Source of the DNA: Bacteroidales bacterium
GTDB taxonomy: Bacteria; Bacteroidota; Bacteroidia; Bacteroidales; WCHB1-69
Direction of reading: 5' to 3'
Assembly: GCA_045598105.1 (NCBI GenBank)
Contig: JAZLLK010000007.1
Coordinates: 10,981 to 74,980, forward strand
DNA: 64,000 nucleotides
Shown here: one piece after another, positions 9,690 through 18,254 of the stretch
How the letters are laid out: each line of letters begins with the position of its first letter
Numbering within the stretch: position 1 is the stretch's first letter
Made by a program: the position numbers and the translations under genes
The notes under the pieces: model-generated
What the model was told of the DNA's origin: nothing
Databases searched by the model: none
Seen by the model: only the letters and a program-made list of their open reading frames with translations

Positions 9690-11204
9690 ATGGAAGAAAC
9701 TTCAAAAGGAAAATATACCCGACGTAAAACTGCTGAAACATTGGATGAGGTGGATTTGCACGGCCGAGTGCAGCCGCAGGCCCGTGAATTTGAGGCCGCC
9801 CTGCTGGGTGCCATGATGCTGGAGCAAAATGCTGCCGGTATGGTAATAGATAAGGTACAACCCGATATGTTCTATTTAAAGGAACATAAAATAATATATG
9901 AGGCCATGATGGAGGTGTATAGGCAAAACCATCCCGTGGATATATTATCAGTTACGGCACAGTTACGTAAAGCCAAGCAGCTGAATGATATAGGTGGCTC
10001 TTATTATTTGGCCACCCTTACCAATAACGTGTCCTCTTCGGCCAATGTAGAGTACTATGCTACCATTATTAACGAAAAATATATACTTCGTCAGCTTATT
10101 ACCAATTCTACCGGAGTAATAGCCAAAGCCTATGAAGACAGTCAGGATGCTTTTACCCTGCTGGATGAAGCCGAAGCAGGCCTGTTCGCTATATCGGAGA
10201 ACAGCGTGCATAAAAGCGGGCAAACCATAGGTGAACTGGCTTTTAAATTCGGTAAAGATTTGGAGCAGCTTCGCACACAGGATGTGGAACTGCGAGGCGT
10301 GCCTTCCGGCTATACCGAATTAGATCATATTACCGGCGGCTGGCAAAAAGGTAACCTCATTATTTTAGCTGCCCGCCCCGGCGTGGGTAAAACAGCCTTC
10401 GTACTGTCTATGGCCCGTAATATGGTGGTGGATAGTCACCGCCCGGTAGCCGTGTTCTCATTGGAAATGTCCGCCGATGAACTGGTGATGCGTTTGGTAT
10501 CGGGTGAAAGTAAAATAAGCCAGGAAAAAATTAAAAAAGCCCGCCTGGATGATATGGAAATGGCTCAGGTACAGGCTGCCTTGGGTACACTGTCAGAAGC
10601 TCCGCTTATAATAGACGATACCGCCGGCCTGAATATATTTGAACTGCGAGCCAAATGCCGACGCATGAAACAGCAATATAACATAGAATGCGTTATTATA
10701 GACTATTTGCAGCTTATGACCGCCTCTACCAAGGAAGGCCGTACCAATAGAGAGCAGGAAGTGGCTACCATATCCCGTTCACTTAAAGCCCTGGCCAAAG
10801 AACTGGAAATACCCGTAATTGCTCTGTCACAGCTGAGCCGTAATGTGGAAAACCGTAACGCCGGTGATAAAACACCTCAACTTTCCGACTTGCGTGAATC
10901 AGGTGCCATAGAGCAGGATGCCGATATAGTTATGTTTATATACCGTCCTGAAGTGCACAAAATAGCTACCTTCCCCGACGGAACACCTTCCAGCGGCCTG
11001 GCCCAACTGGTGGTAGCCAAAAACCGTCACGGCGCACAAGAAAACGTATATTTACGTTTCATTAAGGAGCAGGTACGGTTTGCCAATAGGGAACAGGTAT
11101 CAGTAGGTGATGCCATTAACGGCGGCGGACAAACACTTACCATACCCTCCAAAGGTAATTATGACAACGTAAATAATGAGGCGGGTGGCAGCATTCCTTT
11201 TTAA
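9690..11204 (+). CDS. dnaB: Replicative DNA helicase
   Basis: Walker A ARPGVGKT, Walker B IIDYLQLM, and the SQLSR motif are present. The 504-aa length is typical of DnaB. Confidence 0.95.
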   Translation: MEETSKGKYTRRKTAETLDEVDLHGRVQPQAREFEAALLGAMMLEQNAAGMVIDKVQPDMFYLKEHKIIYEAMMEVYRQNHPVDILSVTAQLRKAKQLNDIGGSYYLATLTNNVSSSANVEYYATIINEKYILRQLITNSTGVIAKAYEDSQDAFTLLDEAEAGLFAISENSVHKSGQTIGELAFKFGKDLEQLRTQDVELRGVPSGYTELDHITGGWQKGNLIILAARPGVGKTAFVLSMARNMVVDSHRPVAVFSLEMSADELVMRLVSGESKISQEKIKKARLDDMEMAQVQAALGTLSEAPLIIDDTAGLNIFELRAKCRRMKQQYNIECVIIDYLQLMTASTKEGRTNREQEVATISRSLKALAKELEIPVIALSQLSRNVENRNAGDKTPQLSDLRESGAIEQDADIVMFIYRPEVHKIATFPDGTPSSGLAQLVVAKNRHGAQENVYLRFIKEQVRFANREQVSVGDAINGGGQTLTIPSKGNYDNVNNEAGGSIPF

Positions 11205-11244
11205 TTGAAAATAAATAAAACAGAAACAAAAATATAAGTAAGTT

Positions 11245-12441
11245 ATGGCAAAACAGAAACTGAAAGAGTATAATTTTAACGGCAAAAAAGCCCTGGTGAG
11301 AGTGGACTATAATGTCCCGTTAAATGAAGCATTTGAAATACAGGATACCAAGCGTATAGATGCTTCTATGCCTACATTGAAAAAAATATTGGGTGACGGC
11401 GGTAGCGTGATACTGCTGACACATTTGGGCAGACCCAAAAACAGGGAAGCACAGTTTTCACTTAAACACTTAATGCCTTATTTGCAGCAGGTACTGCAAG
11501 GTGCAAATGTATTGTTTGCTCCCGAATGTATAGGCGAACAAACCCAAAAAATGGCCGCTGCCCTGCGTCCCGGTGAAGTGTTGCTGCTGGAAAACGTACG
11601 CTATTTTAAAGAAGAAGAAGCCGGTGATGAAACATTTGCCCGTGCCTTGGCCTCCTATGGCGATGTGTATGTAAACGAAGCCTTCTCCACCGCTCATCGT
11701 AAACACGCTTCTACAGCCGTAATAGCACAGTTCTTCCCCCATGACAAAATGTACGGCTTACAAATGGAAAAAGAAATAGAAAGCCTTACTAAGGTAATGC
11801 AAAGCCCTCAACGTCCCGTTACCGCTATTATAGGCGGATCCAAAATATCCAGCAAAATAAATGTTATTACCAATTTAATGACCAAGGTGGATAACCTTAT
11901 TATAGGTGGCGGTATGGACTTTACCTTCCAAAAAGCCATGGGCGCTCACATAGGTAAATCACTGTGTGAAGATGATATGATACCCGTAGCTAAAGCAATA
12001 ATGGACAAGGCCAAAGAACTGGGTGTGAACCTGTACTGCACCATAGACAGAATAGCAGCCGATAAGTTTAGCAACGACGCCATGCGTGCCATATACGATG
12101 TGAAAAATATACCCGATGATATGGAAGGTATGGACCTGGGACCCCAAACCTGCATTAAATACCGTGAAGTAATTATGAATTCCGCTACCATACTGTGGAA
12201 CGGTCCTATGGGCGTATTCGAAATGGATAACTTTAGTATAGGTACCTTCATGGTAGCCGACGCCGTAGCCAAAGCTACCGAAAAAGGCGCCTTCACCCTT
12301 GTGGGCGGCGGTGACTCCGTGTCGGCAGTGAATAAATTCCATCTTACCGATAAGTATAGCTATATTTCCACCGCAGGCGGCGCTATGCTCGAATATTGCG
12401 AGGGTAAAATATTGCCCGGTATAGCTGCCATGGAAGCTTAA
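11245..12441 (+). CDS. pgk: Phosphoglycerate kinase
   Basis: RVDYNVPL, STAHR and GGGDS motifs are present; 398 aa. Confidence 0.97.
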   Translation: MAKQKLKEYNFNGKKALVRVDYNVPLNEAFEIQDTKRIDASMPTLKKILGDGGSVILLTHLGRPKNREAQFSLKHLMPYLQQVLQGANVLFAPECIGEQTQKMAAALRPGEVLLLENVRYFKEEEAGDETFARALASYGDVYVNEAFSTAHRKHASTAVIAQFFPHDKMYGLQMEKEIESLTKVMQSPQRPVTAIIGGSKISSKINVITNLMTKVDNLIIGGGMDFTFQKAMGAHIGKSLCEDDMIPVAKAIMDKAKELGVNLYCTIDRIAADKFSNDAMRAIYDVKNIPDDMEGMDLGPQTCIKYREVIMNSATILWNGPMGVFEMDNFSIGTFMVADAVAKATEKGAFTLVGGGDSVSAVNKFHLTDKYSYISTAGGAMLEYCEGKILPGIAAMEA

Positions 12442-12472
12442 AAAAATAGCAGAATAAACGTAAAACTACCTT

Positions 12473-12573
<101 letters not shown>

Positions 12574-12807
12574 TTTGTGCATGCTATACAGCGTCTCTAT
12601 TACATATTGCACACTATGTGCGATTATAACAAAGTATGCGTGCATAGTATATTGTTATAAAAAACATGTGCGTTTATATAATTATCGATTTTATTACATG
12701 AAATAATGTAATAATTATTGTGTAATAATTGTTTAAATATATACTTTTAGATGCTGCAACATTGGATAGAAGTATGTTTGTCGTTTGGAAACGTTTTTCA
12801 TTGGGAC

Positions 12808-13146
12808 AAAAAAGACGTAAAACTTGAACATTATCCACGTCCTGAGGCCCTGAGATTGCCCGTTGCAACAAATAAGTCAAGCCCGCGACATACGGTGCAG
12901 ACATTTACTTGACTTATTCGAGTTGATTCTGTTTACTAAAATTTCTCAGGTTTCAGAACAGCTACCGAATAAATAAGCAAACGCTTGTTAATTAATGTGC
13001 CGTTTTAAAATTCTATTTCTATTTTTATCTTGTCCTTTACTTATGCAAAAAAAAAGTTACATTCATTTTCATTCGTATTATGTTGTCTTCTTTTGCCATA
13101 TTTAAGTAAAAAATGTCTTTTTTTTGTTTAGGGTATACATTATAAT
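12808..13146 (-). ncRNA. Candidate novel structured RNA driven by an orphan promoter (hypothetical)
   Basis: A promoter motif at 13153-13160 (minus) has no downstream CDS. Nested inverted repeats lie at 12841-12950. A weak hairpin plus T6 sits at about 12808-12843. I recognised no match to tmRNA, RNase P, SRP, or the TPP, SAM or glycine riboswitch cores. Confidence 0.3.
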
Positions 13147-13152
13147 AATATG

Positions 13153-13160
13153 CAAAGGTA
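13153..13160 (-). promoter_or_regulatory. Orphan -7 promoter motif (TACCTTTG) with no downstream gene
   Basis: The 21-nt module tgcaaaggtagcatttttttt (13151-13171) is identical to the nusB promoter module at 26471-26491. It points into the gene-free region 12574-13150. Confidence 0.5.
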
Positions 13161-13203
13161 GCATTTTTTTTGTATTGGCACCCGCAGGTAAGTGTAAAAA
13201 AAA

Positions 13204-14478
13204 TTATTCCACTACCGTTTTTGGCCGGCATAGCGGCAGGCATAGCACGTATGTCCACAAGGGCAGCAGTACCGAGCGATATCGGCATATAGCGCCGGCA
13301 TTTGGGGTGGTGAGCCCTATAATAATATAGATAATAAGGCAGTACCATATAAGCAGCCATTGCTTGGCAGAGTAGGAGTAGTGGTGGAATACTGTTATGG
13401 AAAGCGATATAAACAGCAGTAAGGCCATAAATATATTTTCCATGAATATGCCTATGTGCAAGGCAGTGTGTTGGCTACAGGGTATCATAAGGGTATTGTA
13501 TAATGCTTGCGGTGCATAGTATATTACGCTACAGGTGCTGTTTTTTACCTGTGGAGCGGGCATATTCAGTCCTTGCCCTATAACGGTTTCCATGTTGATA
13601 AACTGCTCATTTTTATTGGCTATATGGCTTACTATGTCTATGCCTGAATTCGGCATAAGGCTGTGTGCAAATGCCATGAGCAGTACGCCCAAAACTATGC
13701 TGCCTGCGTACTTATAGGCGGTATGTTGCGGCCGCAGGCTGCACCATATATACACAAGGCTACAGGCCAGCAATATTATACTCATATACAGGCGGCATAC
13801 TGTCATACCTGCGGCCGCAACAATTACCCATATTATGCTACGCAATGAGCAGTGTTGCAGGCTTTGCTGCAAATAGTACAGGTATATGCTCATGCAGAAG
13901 AAAAACAATGGCTCCTTGAGTACGCCGGAAGTCCAAAACAGGAAGGATGGAATAAAAAAGCAGGCCAGTACACAGGCTTTTTCCTCCTTTATATTGGCAG
14001 GGTTAAAAAAACGGAGCAGAAAGTAGCCCCCCCACATGGTGAGCATTACCATCATGAGCAAGTGTACCCCGTAGCTGTGCCCGCTTATGCTGTGTAGCAG
14101 GGCGTGTACTCTTATTACGGTACGGTTCTCATTTATTACATTCTGCTCATAGGCCTTTACCCACGATTGGTTCAGGCTTAATCCTATGGCTGTGGCGGTA
14201 CTGTCACGGCAGCCTGCCATAATGCGGCAAAAGTTCTGCGGACGGGTAAAAGCCATGTTATATAGCTGTTCGCCTGAGTGAAAGGTAGCCTCAGAATCCA
14301 TGCCTTGAGGGTAATGATAGCGGTATACGCCGTAAAACCCTGCAGCAAATAATATGTGTGTGCATAAAAATACATATACATAGTATTTTGGCAGATATTT
14401 AAGTGAAAAAAACTTACTTTTGTATATTATGATTACAAAAATGATGCAATATGCAACCAAAAACACCCATGAAGTCAT
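13204..14478 (-). CDS. Polytopic inner-membrane protein of unknown function, possibly envelope glycan-related
   Basis: 424 aa with about 10 or more hydrophobic helices. It is translationally coupled (TAATG) to the upstream lipoprotein gene and lies divergent from a GT4 glycosyltransferase. The family was not recognised. Confidence 0.55.
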   Translation of the reverse strand: MTSWVFLVAYCIIFVIIIYKSKFFSLKYLPKYYVYVFLCTHILFAAGFYGVYRYHYPQGMDSEATFHSGEQLYNMAFTRPQNFCRIMAGCRDSTATAIGLSLNQSWVKAYEQNVINENRTVIRVHALLHSISGHSYGVHLLMMVMLTMWGGYFLLRFFNPANIKEEKACVLACFFIPSFLFWTSGVLKEPLFFFCMSIYLYYLQQSLQHCSLRSIIWVIVAAAGMTVCRLYMSIILLACSLVYIWCSLRPQHTAYKYAGSIVLGVLLMAFAHSLMPNSGIDIVSHIANKNEQFINMETVIGQGLNMPAPQVKNSTCSVIYYAPQALYNTLMIPCSQHTALHIGIFMENIFMALLLFISLSITVFHHYSYSAKQWLLIWYCLIIYIIIGLTTPNAGAICRYRSVLLPLWTYVLCLPLCRPKTVVE

Positions 14479-15467
14479 TATTGCAGTTCGTTTTCAGGGT
14501 TATTATCGTCCCAACCCCAGTCGGCAGGTATTTCTTTATTCAGTTGAAGCATTACTTTGCGTAAGCAATTATGCGGGGTATCGTAAGGAATATAAAGTGG
14601 CGGTTCGTTTTTCACCAAAAGCACGTAGCCTATGTGGTATCGGTTTACCTGCTCACTTATATTTACCACGTCCACTTCTTCTCCGTTATAGTTGATTACC
14701 GATAGCCGGTCAAATGTATTGTAAACGTCTTGGAATATAATATTTACGGGTTCCAAATGTTCCTGCATGCTTATGGTGTTCCACAACCATGTGTCATCGG
14801 TATTTACCTGCATGTTAGCCGTATCGGCAAATAGTATTACGGCTTCATAGTCGGTGTCATAGTGGGGAAGCTCCACATAGCTGATGTTGCCGTTGGCTTC
14901 TATGGTGTATTTGTCCTGAGTGAGCTTGTGTCGGTTTTGGTTATTAGTAGCGGAGTCATTGCTGAGTGATTGCAGCTTTTCATATTCTTTGCTTACGGTT
15001 ATGCTGTATATGTCGTCTATGTGGCATTGCCAATATTCGCTTTCTATATATTGGGGCATTTCCCGTGCGGCATTGTAGGCTACGGGTATAGCCTGTATTA
15101 TTTCTGAGGTATCGGTGGTAATGGTAGCCAGTATTTTATATACAGGGTCACCGGCATTGGTAATTATCCATATATCAAAATCGGCAAAAGCTGCCAGTTT
15201 ATATTCTGCCAACCATGTGTCAGGTATGTCAGTCCGCAGGGTAAAAGGGGTGCCTTTAAAGGTTTTGAGGCAGTGAATAATTTGGTTGACCATATTGGCC
15301 GGCAGTACGTTTGCGGTGTCAGCATTGTTTTCCTGACAGGTAATGTTACAAGGTACATTTTTTTCATTTAATACAAATACATGCGTATTATTATTTCTAT
15401 GGCAGGCACTTAGGAAACATAGCAGGCAGCATACGCTGCAAATAATGAAGTATTTATTGTGTTGCAT
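14478..15467 (-). CDS. Hypothetical lipoprotein
   Basis: Signal peptide with lipobox CFLSAC. 329 aa and acidic. Its stop overlaps the next gene's start by 1 nt. Confidence 0.6.
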   Translation of the reverse strand: MQHNKYFIICSVCCLLCFLSACHRNNNTHVFVLNEKNVPCNITCQENNADTANVLPANMVNQIIHCLKTFKGTPFTLRTDIPDTWLAEYKLAAFADFDIWIITNAGDPVYKILATITTDTSEIIQAIPVAYNAAREMPQYIESEYWQCHIDDIYSITVSKEYEKLQSLSNDSATNNQNRHKLTQDKYTIEANGNISYVELPHYDTDYEAVILFADTANMQVNTDDTWLWNTISMQEHLEPVNIIFQDVYNTFDRLSVINYNGEEVDVVNISEQVNRYHIGYVLLVKNEPPLYIPYDTPHNCLRKVMLQLNKEIPADWGWDDNNPENELQ

Positions 15468-15499
15468 ATATATAAGCTTAATTGTTAATGCTACAAATG

Positions 15500-15507
15500 C
15501 AAAAATA
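15500..15507 (-). promoter_or_regulatory. -7 promoter motif (TATTTTTG) for the lipoprotein/membrane-protein pair
   Basis: Exact TAnnTTTG match 32 nt upstream of ATG 15467. Confidence 0.5.
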
Positions 15508-15637
15508 TAAAAAAAAACGATATGAAAACGGGAATGCTGCCTATAATATTTTTGTGTGATTTTTATGCTTTTAATAAAATTTTATTGAATTTGCACGAAA
15601 TTTGTATTACCACTTTCTGTACTTTATTAATCATGTT

Positions 15638-16894
15638 ATGCAAGGAAGAAAAATAAAGGTTTTACACATATTGAATCGGTTTAATTTGGGTGGTCCCACC
15701 TATTATGCCGTGTATCTTACCAAATTTTTGCCCAATAATTTTGAGGCACGCCTTATAGGCGGAGTAAAGGACGAGCAGGAAGGTACTTCCGAATATGTTA
15801 CCGAGCAGTATGGTGTGGAGCCTATAGTATTGGATTCTATGCATCGGTCTATAGGATTTAGTGATATTAAAGCGTATAGAGAGGTAAAAGCCATTATTAA
15901 GCAATATCAGCCGGATATAGTGCACACGCATGCGGCCAAGGCCGGTTTTTTAGGTAGGGTGGCAGCACGGCGTTGTGGGGTACCGGTAATAATGCACACA
16001 TTTCATGGTCACGTGTTTGATAAGTATTTTAGTGTCGGCAAGTCAAATTTTTACCAAATGCTGGAGCGAATGTTAGCCGGCATATCCACTAAAATTATTG
16101 CATTGAGTGAGCAGCAGCGTTGTGATTTGGTAGAAAAATATCATATATGCTCTAATGATAAAATAGACGTAATACCTTTAGGCCTTGATTTGGACAAATA
16201 TGTGGAAAACAGGGATGAAAAGCGAGTTTCATTCCGTTCTGCCTATGGAATAGGCCCTGATGAAGTGGCTATAGGTATAGTGGGTCGTTTGGCTCTTATT
16301 AAGAATCATTATATGTTTTTGCAAGCCATGCAAATGGTGAAGCGGCAGGCTACTAAAAAGATAAAGTTATTCATAGTAGGTGATGGTGAGGAGCATAGGC
16401 ATATAGAGGAGTGGTGTGAGAATTTTGGTTTTAGTTATGCTAATTATAATGCATCGCAGGGCGGTACATGTCCGCAGGCCGATGTAATACTCACCTCATG
16501 GATAAAAGACGTAAGTGAAGTATATGCCGGGGTAGATATAGTGTCGCTCACTTCTCTTAATGAAGGTACTCCCGGCAGCCTTATAGAGGCTCAGGCCGCT
16601 GACAAGCCCATAGTGGCTACCCGTGTAGGCGGCGTAGCTGACATAGTGGAGGAGGGCGTTACCGCCTTATTGGTAGAAAGCGGTAATGCTGAAGAGTATG
16701 CTCATAAAATGCTTTCATTGGTAGAAGATGAAGGTTTACGTCATAAATTATCCGGTCAGGGGAGTAAATATGCCTTGTCACATTACGGTTACAGACAGTT
16801 AGCTAAGAATATGTCTCAGCTATATATGTACTTGTTTACTCATGTTGAATCATCACAGTATACTGAGGTAGCTGTTTGCAAGGAGAGTATGTAG
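15638..16894 (+). CDS. Glycosyltransferase family 4 (GT-B, Glycos_transf_1 type)
   Basis: The N-terminus KVLHILNRFNLGGP resembles the GT4 N-domain. The C-domain carries the EGTPGSLIEAQAADKPIVATRVGG motif (E-x7-E type). The start is set at MQGRK (15638). Confidence 0.85.
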   Translation: MQGRKIKVLHILNRFNLGGPTYYAVYLTKFLPNNFEARLIGGVKDEQEGTSEYVTEQYGVEPIVLDSMHRSIGFSDIKAYREVKAIIKQYQPDIVHTHAAKAGFLGRVAARRCGVPVIMHTFHGHVFDKYFSVGKSNFYQMLERMLAGISTKIIALSEQQRCDLVEKYHICSNDKIDVIPLGLDLDKYVENRDEKRVSFRSAYGIGPDEVAIGIVGRLALIKNHYMFLQAMQMVKRQATKKIKLFIVGDGEEHRHIEEWCENFGFSYANYNASQGGTCPQADVILTSWIKDVSEVYAGVDIVSLTSLNEGTPGSLIEAQAADKPIVATRVGGVADIVEEGVTALLVESGNAEEYAHKMLSLVEDEGLRHKLSGQGSKYALSHYGYRQLAKNMSQLYMYLFTHVESSQYTEVAVCKESM

Positions 16895-17267
16895 TGCCCT
16901 GTTTTTCAAAAATCATAAGGTTGTGTCCGTTAGCCAATATAATATAGGGGGCATGCAGTATGCTGTTATATACTGATGCCTGTAGTAATGTATTGTCGCT
17001 TATATTCACGGTGGGTGCTTTGCATTCTACCAAGGCTATGTAGCGGTCGCGGTGTAGTATTACCAGGTCGTAGCGACGGGTAAGTCCGTTATAGTTTATT
17101 TTTTTTTCTATGGCAATAGCCATAGGCGGAACTTGAAGAGTGTGTATAAAATATGCTATAATGCTTTGTCGCACCCCTTCTTCGGGTGTGAGGGCTACAT
17201 GTTTGCGGCGTATGGGGTCGTATATTTTCTTTTTGCCGTCAGGCAAAGTGTATATTTTGAACGGCAT
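16836..17267 (-). CDS. HsdR-N-like small PD-(D/E)xK nuclease-fold protein
   Basis: 143 aa. The motif YDLVILHRDRYIALVECK (D ... E-x-K) fits the stand-alone type I restriction enzyme R N-terminal domain family. Confidence 0.7.
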   Translation of the reverse strand: MPFKIYTLPDGKKKIYDPIRRKHVALTPEEGVRQSIIAYFIHTLQVPPMAIAIEKKINYNGLTRRYDLVILHRDRYIALVECKAPTVNISDNTLLQASVYNSILHAPYIILANGHNLMIFEKQGTTYSPCKQLPQYTVMIQHE

Positions 17268-18245
17268 TTATTTTAAGTCTTCTATGAATTGTGCTATAAT
17301 GGTGTTAATGTGAATGTTATCGGCTTCTGCACGATAGTTTTTTACTATACGGTGTCCCATTACGCTATAGGCTACGGCTTGTATATCTTCTATATCAGGT
17401 GAAAATTTACCATTGAGCACTGCATTACATTTGGCGGCTATTACCAAATTTTGGGAGCATCGCGGACCTGCGCCCCAAGCTAAATATTGGTCTGTCCAGG
17501 CATGAGCTCCGGAAGTGTGAGGGCGGGTGAGTGATGATAATTTTACTGCATATTGGTACACATTGTCGGCTACAGGAATGCGTTGTAGCAGTTGTTGAAA
17601 ATATATTATTTCTTCCAATGACATTACCTGTTGCGGTTCGGCCATATGCCCGTTAATAGTGGATTTTACTATAGCTATTTCTTCATTAAAGGAGGGGTAG
17701 TCTAAATACACGTTGAACATAAATCGGTCCAGCTGAGCTTCGGGTAGCGGGTAGGTTCCTTCCTGTTCTATGGGGTTTTGAGTGGCTAATACAAAGAAGG
17801 GATTAGGTAAAAGGTATGTATTGCCGGCCATAGATACGCTGCGTTCCTGCATGGCTTCCAGCAAAGCTGATTGTGTTTTGGGCGGGGTACGGTTAATTTC
17901 GTCGGCCAATATTATATTGGCAAATATGGGACCTTTTACAAATTTGAATTGCCGGTTTTCATCTAATATTTCGGTACCCATAATGTCGCTTGGCATAAGG
18001 TCGGGTGTGAATTGAATACGGTTATAGCTTAGTCCTATTGATTTGGCTATGGTGGTAATCATAAGGGTTTTGGCCAGGCCGGGTACGCCTATAAGCAGAA
18101 CGTGTCCGCGGCTGAATATGGTAATGAGTATATTTTTTATGGCGTCGTTTTGTCCTACTATTACTTTACCTACTTCACGGCTAAGGGTTTGGTATTGGTC
18201 GCAAAACGATATTATGGCTTCTTTGTCGGAGTTATATTGTATCAT
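17268..18245 (-). CDS. MoxR-family AAA+ ATPase
   Basis: Walker A GVPGLAKT, Walker B ILADEINR, and the ATQNPIEQEGTYPLPEAQLDRF motif are present; 325 aa. Confidence 0.9.
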   Translation of the reverse strand: MIQYNSDKEAIISFCDQYQTLSREVGKVIVGQNDAIKNILITIFSRGHVLLIGVPGLAKTLMITTIAKSIGLSYNRIQFTPDLMPSDIMGTEILDENRQFKFVKGPIFANIILADEINRTPPKTQSALLEAMQERSVSMAGNTYLLPNPFFVLATQNPIEQEGTYPLPEAQLDRFMFNVYLDYPSFNEEIAIVKSTINGHMAEPQQVMSLEEIIYFQQLLQRIPVADNVYQYAVKLSSLTRPHTSGAHAWTDQYLAWGAGPRCSQNLVIAAKCNAVLNGKFSPDIEDIQAVAYSVMGHRIVKNYRAEADNIHINTIIAQFIEDLK

Positions 18246-18254
18246 GATATTGCT

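Noticed and set aside
9320-9814. Long antisense ORFs opposite real genes: 9320-9814, 44524-45087, 35252-35785, 30664-31155, 33815-34264, 59966-60367 and 11946-12342.
   Set aside because: Each lies entirely inside, or across the junction of, a confidently identified gene on the other strand. The translations are low-complexity (S/A/I/C-rich or Y/H/G-rich) with no recognisable motifs. These are typical shadow ORFs.
12831-12839. A DnaA-box-like TTATCCACG in an AT-rich gap near dnaB, raising the possibility of oriC.
   Set aside because: It is a single near-consensus box. I found no cluster of boxes, no dnaA or dnaN nearby, and no AT-rich 13-mer array. This is not enough to call an origin.
12841-12860. 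CTGAGA motifs (cctgaggccctgagattg) reminiscent of the TPP riboswitch core.
   Set aside because: The partner elements of a THI-box (the ACCTGATCTGGATAATGCCAGCG-type segment) are absent on both strands. No thiamine-related gene follows.
12674-12904. A 76-aa minus-strand ORF inside the gene-free region after pgk.
   Set aside because: Its start codon sits inside the loop of the 11-bp inverted repeat. The C-terminal half is an AT-driven I/N/Y/L run, and no motif is recognisable. I treat the region as non-coding (see the ncRNA candidate).
17099-17107. An A9/T9 homopolymer inside the HsdR-N-like coding sequence, considered as a phase-variation switch.
   Set aside because: It encodes an ordinary EKKI stretch. 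Runs of 8-10 A/T are frequent throughout this AT-rich window, so one coding run is not evidence for phase variation.
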